From the NCBI GenBank assembly GCA_044450345.1, contig JBIOIY010000069.1, forward strand, positions 1 to 13,087: a stretch of DNA of 13,087 nucleotides, read 5' to 3'. A program made the position numbers and the translations under genes. The DNA comes from Thermodesulfovibrionales bacterium. Its GTDB lineage: Bacteria > Nitrospirota > Thermodesulfovibrionia > Thermodesulfovibrionales > UBA6898. Numbering within the stretch: the first letter of the stretch is position 1; every line of letters starts with the position of its first letter. Below the pieces are notes generated by a model that saw only the letters and a list, made by a program, of their open reading frames with translations, had not been told where the DNA came from and made no database searches. Positions 1-6,691 of this stretch are shown here, piece by piece.

Positions 1-125
1 GTTGATGAATTTTGTTTAGCCATAAACTAATTCTTAACAGGAGGTTTCTATTTTGAATAGTCTACAAAATCAGTTCTCCCTATGATTTAATGGGGAAATC
101 TAACTTCATGCTTTATTCACATATA

Positions 126-188
126 ACCCATTTAGAGGACACCCATTTAGAGGACACCCATTTAGAGGACACCCATTTAGAGGACACC
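126..188. repeat. Perfect tandem repeat, 4 x 15 bp ACCCATTTAGAGGAC plus partial ACC
   Basis: Copies at 126-140, 141-155, 156-170 and 171-185. The unit equals the IS terminal bases plus most of the right inverted repeat. Confidence 0.97.
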
Positions 189-189
189 T

Positions 190-572
190 GTCAAGGGAAA
201 AAGATTCCCTTCCGAAGTTTTTGACTTCTTCTTTTTTTTGAGCTGCCGATAATCTTTGCCATTGCCGTTTTTTCTTTGAGTTTCGGCTCCAGTCTTCACT
301 GTGCCAGACACCCATCAGGATCGAGGCCACACCCAGAGATCACTCCCCAAAGAGGGCCCTTCCGCTTTATAGCGGACCAGAAAACCTTCGGTTCCGTGCC
401 GGGTCCAATTCGTTTCGTACAATTTCTATGGCTCATAGACCAGTCCGCGATGGCTCCCGGCCCGGGCAGTAAAGATACCAGTAACTCTTATGTTGCTGGA
501 TGAGGCAGTGTTCCAATCAAACTCTTGGTTGCGTCCCAGTCCCGAAACAGGTTAACTGCCTCACCCAGTTTT
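190..572 (-). ncRNA. Candidate seekRNA/bridge RNA region of the IS1111 element
   Basis: Non-coding region downstream of the transposase. A 14-bp stem (568-555 with 509-496) closes only on the minus strand via a G-U pair. Hairpin TCCGCT-TTAT-AGCGGA at 361-376. Segments match the flank (516-526 vs 1680-1690, 10/11) and the IS end (310-315 vs 126-131). Transcript boundaries unknown. Confidence 0.7.
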
Positions 573-1592
573 TTATCCAAACGCTTTCTCAGGGATAAAT
601 GGTACTCCATCCCTCATAATGCAAAATGCCGCCCTTGCCATCTTGTGTGACAGTGCACTGTGCGCAATAGGTGCGTTTGTCCTCCTTCGCTTCCGATCAT
701 AATAAGCCCTCGCTTCAGGGTCGAACCGTCGCGCAAGTTCTCCCGCCTCGGCATATGCCCAAGACAGATACTTGTTGCCGTTTTTCCGATTACTTGATCC
801 TTTCTTCTTCTCATTGCTGAATCTCGCGGCAGGTACCTTCCTGCAGTACGACACATAGTTGCCCACATCTGCAAAGCGCTCAATAGGACCTGTCTCCATC
901 ATGATCGTCAATGCCAGGACCCTTCCGACTCCCGGCATAGTTAGGAGAAGATCATACGGCCGCTTGAGGTTCATCTTTTTTTCTACTGCCACCTCGATTG
1001 CGGTAATCTGTCTTGTAAGAGAGTCAATCGCATCCTTGCTCACCTTTCCGGCAAGGGAGAGATCATCGTTGCCAGCCAGCAGTGGGGTCACCCGATCCTC
1101 TTTCAATGCCTTTAGCTGATTCGTCTTCATCTTTGCACCTATGTTCCTGGCGAGGATGTTCTGAAGGCTTGTGATGAGTGATGTCCTCAGCCTTACGAGA
1201 TGCCCTCTCTTTCTCAGAAGGTCTCGTAGAGGCCTTTGCTCCTTTGGATAAATGTATCCCTCAGGCAATATCTTCAGTCTCAGCATCTCGGCAAGCCAGA
1301 AAGCGTCATCTTCGTCGTCTCCATGCTTGAGTCCAGAATACTGCTGCACTCTGGAGGGATTTGCCAAGTGGACCTGATAGCCTTCCTCCATCATAAGATC
1401 GACCAGCCAGTACCAGTTGTACGTGGACTCCACGACAATCCCCTCAATATCCTTTTTGAATGGCCTGAGTGACTCTGAAATCAGACTTGGATCGTTCCGG
1501 AGTTTCTTCTTCCATAGTCTTTCACCATCCTCATCGATGATCCCCACAAATGTATTGGTTGAATGGAGATCAAATCCTGTGTACAATCCCAT
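573..1592 (-). CDS. IS110-family transposase (DEDD RuvC-like domain plus C-terminal Tnp20 domain)
   Basis: Motifs GFDLH, VVESTYNWYW, GDDEDDA, LLTMPGVG, RFSNEK and GNKYLSWA. Start placed at ATG 1592 because GAGGAGGT lies 5 nt upstream. Confidence 0.96.
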   Translation of the reverse strand: MGLYTGFDLHSTNTFVGIIDEDGERLWKKKLRNDPSLISESLRPFKKDIEGIVVESTYNWYWLVDLMMEEGYQVHLANPSRVQQYSGLKHGDDEDDAFWLAEMLRLKILPEGYIYPKEQRPLRDLLRKRGHLVRLRTSLITSLQNILARNIGAKMKTNQLKALKEDRVTPLLAGNDDLSLAGKVSKDAIDSLTRQITAIEVAVEKKMNLKRPYDLLLTMPGVGRVLALTIMMETGPIERFADVGNYVSYCRKVPAARFSNEKKKGSSNRKNGNKYLSWAYAEAGELARRFDPEARAYYDRKRRRTNAPIAHSALSHKMARAAFCIMRDGVPFIPEKAFG

Positions 1593-1660
1593 AAAGCACC
1601 TCCTCAAAGGTTAAGATTGGCGTCTTAACTCGAGCATACCGCAAATCGATATGCTCGGGG

Positions 1661-1676
1661 AGGTGTCCTCTATATG
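1661..1676. repeat. Left subterminal inverted repeat of the IS1111 element
   Basis: AGGTGTCCTCTATATG is the reverse complement of 174-189 with one mismatch. Confidence 0.9.
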
Positions 1677-1927
1677 ATTATCAGACTCTTCAACAGTTGC
1701 GGCTGGGAAGATCTGTTGGCTATCAGGTGTATTCAAATTCTGGTTGACGCGGGACAATACCAACTTTAGAGAGTAATCAAGAGCAGAGCCGGAGCATTGA
1801 TTCTGAATAGTGGAGGCGGCAAAAATGCATCCAAGAAATCGAAGCGAGTTACGAAATACCCTGGGAGGTAATGGTTATTCAGCCTCGTCGGGGCTACCGG
1901 TAATGTATTTAAGGAAATGGGGCCGCG

Positions 1928-1969
1928 TTGATTCACAGAATTATATATGGCATGATTAATTCATACCAT
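1928..1969 (+). promoter_or_regulatory. Putative sigma70 promoter and autoregulatory operator of the TA operon
   Basis: TTGATT (1928-1933), 17 bp, then CATGAT (1951-1956) with an extended -10 TG. Inverted repeat ATGGCATGA/TCATACCAT (1947-1955/1961-1969, 8/9) overlaps the -10. RBS AGGAGGTG at 1973-1980. Confidence 0.6.
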
Positions 1970-1985
1970 TATAGGAGGTGCTGAG

Positions 1986-2222
1986 ATGGGAACTGCAGTG
2001 AAAAAAACGATATCGCTACCGCTGGAACTGGCGGAAGAAATCGAAATGATAGCGGAGGAAGAAGGCAAGACCCTGAGTGCGGTGGTCCAGGAGGCTTTGA
2101 GAAGTGCAAGGAAGGAAAGGCTTAAGAAGGAGTTCAACCAGATTCAGGGTTACTTGAGCCGCAAGGCAAAAGAAAAAGGCATCCTCACGGAAAAAGACCT
2201 TGAGAGATACCTCAAAAAGTGA
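1986..2222 (+). CDS. Ribbon-helix-helix (CopG-like) antitoxin
   Basis: KKTISLP-ELAEEIE-IA-EEGKTLSAVVQEAL RHH pattern, strong RBS, 4-nt GTGA overlap with the PIN gene. Confidence 0.88.
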   Translation: MGTAVKKTISLPLELAEEIEMIAEEEGKTLSAVVQEALRSARKERLKKEFNQIQGYLSRKAKEKGILTEKDLERYLKK

Positions 2223-2686
2223 AACTTGTATTCGATACAAATATCTTCATTTCTGCAATAGCAATCCCCAAAGGCAAGGCCGAGAAGGCGGTTCTGAAGA
2301 TAATTGAAGGCTATGACTCGCTGATCATCCCGAAAGAAATCGTGGACGAGGTCTTATCCGTTCTTTCCACCAAATTTCATCGTGACAGCGACGCCATCAG
2401 TCATACAGCTCTTTACCTCTCAGACCTCGCTCACCTTGTAAAACCTGCCAAAAGGATCGATGTCCTTGAAGACGAGCCTGATAACAGGGTGCTTGAATGC
2501 GCATTGCAGGGGAAGGCTGACGCAATAGTCACCGGCGATAAGAAGATGCTGAAACTAAAAGAATTTGAAGGCATAAAGATTATGAGCTTAAAAGAGTATC
2601 TTGAAGGTCAGATGACGAACAATCGACAAACCTTGCTCCGGCAGCTGAGTCCGACATCGTTAGGCGTTGTGGCGCTCTCCACATAA
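2219..2686 (+). CDS. PIN-domain toxin (COG1569-like)
   Basis: Motifs VFDTNIFISA, DEPDNRVLECA and IVTGDKKML. The last ~25 residues look like read-through beyond the domain. Confidence 0.92.
   Translation: MKLVFDTNIFISAIAIPKGKAEKAVLKIIEGYDSLIIPKEIVDEVLSVLSTKFHRDSDAISHTALYLSDLAHLVKPAKRIDVLEDEPDNRVLECALQGKADAIVTGDKKMLKLKEFEGIKIMSLKEYLEGQMTNNRQTLLRQLSPTSLGVVALST
2614..2665 (+). other. Degenerate attC-like site
   Basis: GACGAAC (R''-like) at the natural end of the PIN domain and GCAGCTGAG...C-GTTAGGC (L'/R'-like, perfect GTTRRRY at 2659-2665). Only 52 bp and the left arm does not pair, so at best a deleted remnant. Confidence 0.4.
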
Positions 2687-2698
2687 TGATGTGCATTT

Positions 2699-2735
2699 TT
2701 AAAAACGGGTTGTGTGTGTTAAAAACGGGTTGTGT
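2699..2735. repeat. 17-bp direct repeat TTAAAAACGGGTTGTGT x2, period 20
   Basis: Identical copies at 2699-2715 and 2719-2735. Confidence 0.92.
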
Positions 2736-2798
2736 TGCAATTTTCCACCAAATACCTTTAAATAATTATCCGAATAAAATTCGCGGGAAGATGAAAAA

Positions 2799-3953
2799 AT
2801 GAAAAGCAGATTCAGGATAGACAAGACGCATTACGAGATCACGGCAAAGTCGACGATCAGGAAGGCCCTCGCATTTCTGAAGACGACCGACCTGGAACCG
2901 CCCTACCTTCTGATCGACGCCTCTATGGTCAAAAAAAAGGTGCGCTCCATAGGTAAGAACATCAAGAATTCGAGGGTCTTTTACGCGGTCAAGGCAAACC
3001 CGGATATAGAGGTCCTGAAACTGATCGACAGTCTCGGGCTCGGCTTCGAGATCGCCTCCGAGGGGGAGCTGGCGATCCTCACATCGATCGGGGTCAAGCC
3101 GGCGAGGATCATCACAAGCAACCCGATAAAGTCCTTCAGGTTCCTGCGCATGCTTGCGGAATTCAACCTGCCCTATTACGCCTTTGATTCAAAAGACGAG
3201 GTACGCAAGCTGCGGGACTATGTGCCGGGCTGCAACGTCTACGTCAGACTCACGGTCCCGAACGAGGGGTCCGAATGGCCGCTCAGCAAGAAGTTCGCAG
3301 TTGAACTCGATGAAGCGGAGGAACTGCTCCTCTATGCAAAGAAGAAGGGGCTGAACCCCGTCGGCATAACCTTCCACGTCGGCTCACAGTGCACCAATAT
3401 ATACAACTGGAATTCGGCCCTCGACAAGGCAAAGATACTCTGGGACAGGATGGAAGAGAGGGGGATACGTCTTTCGGTACTGAATATCGGCGGGGGCTAT
3501 CCGATACGCTATACGAAGAGTGTCGTGGATATCGCCTCAATTGACAAGAACGTCAACGCCCTCATCTACGAGAAATTTCCGAGAAATATAAAGGTCTTCA
3601 TCGAGCCCGGCAGGGCCGTCGTGGGGGATGCCGGCATCTTCGTATCGAGGGTCGCGGGAAAGGCCCGGCGGGGCGACGATGATTGGCTGTACATTGACGT
3701 AGGGGTGTTCAACGGCCTCATGGAGAGCGTAGGAGGGATAAAGTACAAATATATCGTCGAAGGTTTCAGCCACGTGAAGAAATGGACCCTTGCGGGGCCG
3801 AGCTGCGACAGCTTCGACGTAATCGACAAAGATATCCTTCTGCCGGAGCCGCCGATAGGAGGCAGGGTGTTGATCCTGTCGAGCGGGGCCTATACTATAT
3901 CGTATGCCTCGGAATTCAACGGCTTTTCGATACCAAAAACCATACTCATCTAG
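2799..3953 (+). CDS. PLP-dependent fold-type III ornithine (lysine/ornithine) decarboxylase
   Basis: Motifs FYAVKANP (PLP lysine), GFEIASEGE, FHVGSQ, NIGGG, EPGR, GPSCDSFD and GAYT. 384 aa, directly upstream of speE. Confidence 0.9.
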   Translation: MKSRFRIDKTHYEITAKSTIRKALAFLKTTDLEPPYLLIDASMVKKKVRSIGKNIKNSRVFYAVKANPDIEVLKLIDSLGLGFEIASEGELAILTSIGVKPARIITSNPIKSFRFLRMLAEFNLPYYAFDSKDEVRKLRDYVPGCNVYVRLTVPNEGSEWPLSKKFAVELDEAEELLLYAKKKGLNPVGITFHVGSQCTNIYNWNSALDKAKILWDRMEERGIRLSVLNIGGGYPIRYTKSVVDIASIDKNVNALIYEKFPRNIKVFIEPGRAVVGDAGIFVSRVAGKARRGDDDWLYIDVGVFNGLMESVGGIKYKYIVEGFSHVKKWTLAGPSCDSFDVIDKDILLPEPPIGGRVLILSSGAYTISYASEFNGFSIPKTILI

Positions 3954-3962
3954 GAGGCGCCG

Positions 3963-4799
3963 GTGATAAAGTTTATCGAGAAAGACCCTTATGCACCCAT
4001 CCAGTATTCCTACGAGGTGTCGAAGGTCCTCCACCATAAGAAGAGCAAATTTCAGGACATCCTGGTCTTCGAGAACCCTTTCTTCGGAAAGGTGCTGGTA
4101 CTCGACGGGGTCGTACAGATCACGGAGAAAGACGAATTCTTCTATCACGAGATGCTGGTCCATATCGTCCTGAACTCCCACCCCCACCCGAAAAAGGTCG
4201 TCGTCATCGGCGGGGGTGACGGCGGCACAGTGCGTGAAGTCCTGAAACATAAATCCGTAGAAAAGGTCTTTTTTATCGAGATAGACGAAGACGTCATCAG
4301 CGTATCGAAAAAATTCTTCCCTTCGGTCGCAAGCGGCGTCAAAGACAAACGCGTCGAGATCAAATGCATGGACGGGGCCGAGTTTATCAAGGGGCGGCGT
4401 TCCGATATCGACGCGGTCATCGTAGATTCCACCGATATAGTCGGTTTTGCAAAGAGCCTCTTCACGAGGAATTTTTTCAGGACGATCAATAATTGCCTTA
4501 CCGAGGACGGCATGTTCGTGACGCTTTCCGAGTCGCTGCACTTTCACAAAGACATGGTCGTGGAAGTCCAGAAGACGATGAAATCCTCTTTCCCGGTCGT
4601 CGATCTTTACACTGCCCCGATAGCGACGTACGCGGGGAACTGGTGGTCCTTTTCGGTGGGTTCGAAGAGGCTCGATCCGAGGGAAATAAGACGCAAGGAC
4701 AAGATCAAAACAAAATACTACACCCCCGAGATACACCGGTCCGCGTTCCTGCCGAAGGACATGTACGCCAAACTGCTTGCAGGAAAACTCGGCTGGTAA
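3963..4799 (+). CDS. speE: Polyamine aminopropyltransferase (spermidine synthase)
   Basis: Motifs SKFQDI, GKVLVLDG, DEFFYHEML, IGGGDGG, EID and DSTD. GTG start with AGGAGG RBS overlapping the upstream stop. Confidence 0.95.
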   Translation: MIKFIEKDPYAPIQYSYEVSKVLHHKKSKFQDILVFENPFFGKVLVLDGVVQITEKDEFFYHEMLVHIVLNSHPHPKKVVVIGGGDGGTVREVLKHKSVEKVFFIEIDEDVISVSKKFFPSVASGVKDKRVEIKCMDGAEFIKGRRSDIDAVIVDSTDIVGFAKSLFTRNFFRTINNCLTEDGMFVTLSESLHFHKDMVVEVQKTMKSSFPVVDLYTAPIATYAGNWWSFSVGSKRLDPREIRRKDKIKTKYYTPEIHRSAFLPKDMYAKLLAGKLGW

Positions 4800-4827
4800 A
4801 TGATCGTGCATTAATCTCGGGATACGC

Positions 4828-5601
4828 ATGATCCCTTACCCGAATATAGACCCGGTGATAGTCAGGATCGGCCCCTTCGCCGTCAGATGGTATGGGGTGA
4901 TGTACCTGCTCGGGTTCACATCATCTTTTTTCCTCGTGCATCAACAGATAAAAAAGAAAGGCCTCACTTTCGGGAGGGATTTCGTCGACTCCCTCTATTC
5001 CTATCTCATCCTGGGACTGCTTATAGGTGCAAGACTGGGGTATGTGGTCTTCTACGACCTCCCCGAATATATAAAAAACCCACTTGAGATATTCGCGCTA
5101 TGGCACGGTGGCATGTCCTTCCACGGCGGACTCGTCGGAAGCATCGTCGCCGGGGTAATTTTCTGCAGAAGATCGAGGGTGGATTTCTGGCAGGTCTCCG
5201 ACCTCGTTATTGTCACAGCCCCAATAGGGCTGGGCCTCGGGAGGCTTGGGAATTTCATAAACGGCGAGCTCTACGGAAGGGTCACCGACGTACCCTGGGC
5301 GATGGTCTTTCCGTCAGGCGGGCCGCTCCCGCGCCACCCGTCTCAACTCTATGAATTTTTTCTGGAGGGCGTGGTACTCTTTACTATCCTCTGGATTTTG
5401 AAGGACAGGGGCTTCAGGACCGGTGTACTCACCTCGATGTTTCTCATCCTTTACGGATTATTCCGGTTTGCTCTGGAGTTTGTCAGGGAACCCGATGTCC
5501 AGCTCGGCTATATTTTAGGTCCCTTCACGATGGGACAACTTCTGTCCGGATCGATGATCGTCGTCGGGGTACTTCTTCTTTTCATCAGGAAAAGCCGCTG
5601 A
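4828..5601 (+). CDS. lgt: Prolipoprotein diacylglyceryl transferase
   Basis: Motifs IGPFAVRWYG, GARLGY, GGMSFHGG, GRLGNFINGELYGR, RHPSQLYE and EFVREPD. Confidence 0.98.
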   Translation: MIPYPNIDPVIVRIGPFAVRWYGVMYLLGFTSSFFLVHQQIKKKGLTFGRDFVDSLYSYLILGLLIGARLGYVVFYDLPEYIKNPLEIFALWHGGMSFHGGLVGSIVAGVIFCRRSRVDFWQVSDLVIVTAPIGLGLGRLGNFINGELYGRVTDVPWAMVFPSGGPLPRHPSQLYEFFLEGVVLFTILWILKDRGFRTGVLTSMFLILYGLFRFALEFVREPDVQLGYILGPFTMGQLLSGSMIVVGVLLLFIRKSR

Positions 5602-5795
5602 CCTCCTCTGCTTCCTAACAAAAGTCTTGCTGCGTTGCTATACTGTGAGTAGTAATTGGGTAATGAACGGATAGATGTTTCTAAAGACTAAATGAGGGTG
5701 TCGTGAAAAGAACATTCTTTGTGATCGCTTCCTTTTCATGGGCTATTTCAATAATTTGCGCGGTCTCAATTTGATGTCACTCACGGAGTATCGAG

Positions 5796-6332
5796 ATGAC
5801 GAAGAAATCTTTTCCGTTATCTAAGGTCTATTGCCTGCTCGAACCAGGACCGGTCGTTTTGGTTACGACTACGAGCAAGGCGAAGATGAATATCATGACC
5901 ATGTCCTGGCATACGATGGTCGATTTTAATCCCCCGATAATCGGTTGCGTGATAAGCAACCGGAACTATACTTTCGGCATATTAAAGACGACCAAAAACT
6001 GCGTGATCAACATTCCAACGGTGGAACTGGCGGAAAAAGTGGTGGGCTGCGGGAACACATCCGGACGCAAGGTCGACAAGTTCAAGACCTTTCGTCTCAC
6101 GCCCGCGGCCGCATCATGCGTGAAAGCCCCCCTCATTGATGAGTGCTTTGCCAATCTTGAGTGCAAGGTCCTCGATGCACGCATGGTGACGAAATATAAT
6201 TTCTTCATTCTCGAAGTACTCAAGGCATGGATCGACCCCTCACGAAAAGACCCGCGGACAATGCATCATCTCGGAAGAGGCGCTTTTATGGTTGCCGGCG
6301 AGACGATTACATTGCCTTCAAAAATGAAATAG
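5796..6332 (+). CDS. Flavin reductase-like (FMN-binding split barrel) protein
   Basis: Motifs LLEPGPVVLVTT, NIMTMSWHT, VGCGNTSGRKVDKF and APLIDECFANLEC. Confidence 0.88.
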   Translation: MTKKSFPLSKVYCLLEPGPVVLVTTTSKAKMNIMTMSWHTMVDFNPPIIGCVISNRNYTFGILKTTKNCVINIPTVELAEKVVGCGNTSGRKVDKFKTFRLTPAAASCVKAPLIDECFANLECKVLDARMVTKYNFFILEVLKAWIDPSRKDPRTMHHLGRGAFMVAGETITLPSKMK

Positions 6333-6691
6333 CTTCACCTGAAAGTCTGCGCGGAGGATAGAGATGGTGGCGGCTACTGGATACGATGTTCATATAGAGG
6401 AACTCGTGCAGAACTGTCCAGACGTCTCCGGAATTCGGTGAGCGTCTGCCGAGTTGCCTACGATAACAGCTCGCGTTTTCCATCAGGTTTGCCGGTCATA
6501 CGGAAGATTGAGTGCCGATAGATGCCCACTTTCTTTAACAGGCTTATCACGGTATTTCTGCTCCTCTCCGCGTTGCTTGGCGAAGCTGATGGTAGCAGGC
6601 CTGCCGGCGATAATCCGGAGTTGTCCTAAATTGATTTAAAGGGAGAGGATACATGAAAAGGCTGTTTATACTGACAACTGTTTCTTTTTCA

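Larger units (their letters stand above)
126..1682 (-). mobile_element. IS110-family insertion sequence, IS1111 type (exact ends uncertain by a few bp)
   Basis: DEDD transposase 573-1592. Subterminal inverted repeats AGGTGTCCTCTATATG (1661-1676) and CATTTAGAGGACACCT (174-189) match 15/16. Long non-coding region 3' of the transposase, outward-facing TTGACA (194-189, minus) at the right end and ATAAT at the left end. This layout is characteristic of IS1111 elements. Confidence 0.88.

Noticed and set aside
126..188. Possible CRISPR array
   Set aside because: Repeats are contiguous with no spacers and only 15 bp, and there are no cas genes.
106..330. 74-aa ORF with CPLNG repeats
   Set aside because: Translation of the 15-bp IS-end repeat and the guide-RNA region, with no protein-like features.
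110..370. GCTTTAT shared between the flank (110-116) and the non-coding region (364-370) as a target guide
   Set aside because: Only 7 nt, distant from the junction and partly buried in a perfect hairpin stem.
1825..1959. 44-aa ORF (MHPRNRSEL...) after GGAGG
   Set aside because: No recognisable motif and it runs across the TA promoter, so it cannot be supported.
3537..4829. 430-aa antisense ORF
   Set aside because: Codon-aligned shadow of the decarboxylase and speE, which share a frame. No motifs.
2023..6035. 14-bp identity TGGAACTGGCGGAA at 2023-2036 and 6022-6035
   Set aside because: Both encode (L/V)ELAE inside unrelated genes, a codon-level coincidence.
6390..6401. 12-bp match TCATATAGAGGA to the IS left IR region (1666-1677)
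   Set aside because: Isolated, with no partner repeat or transposase remnant nearby, so compatible with chance.
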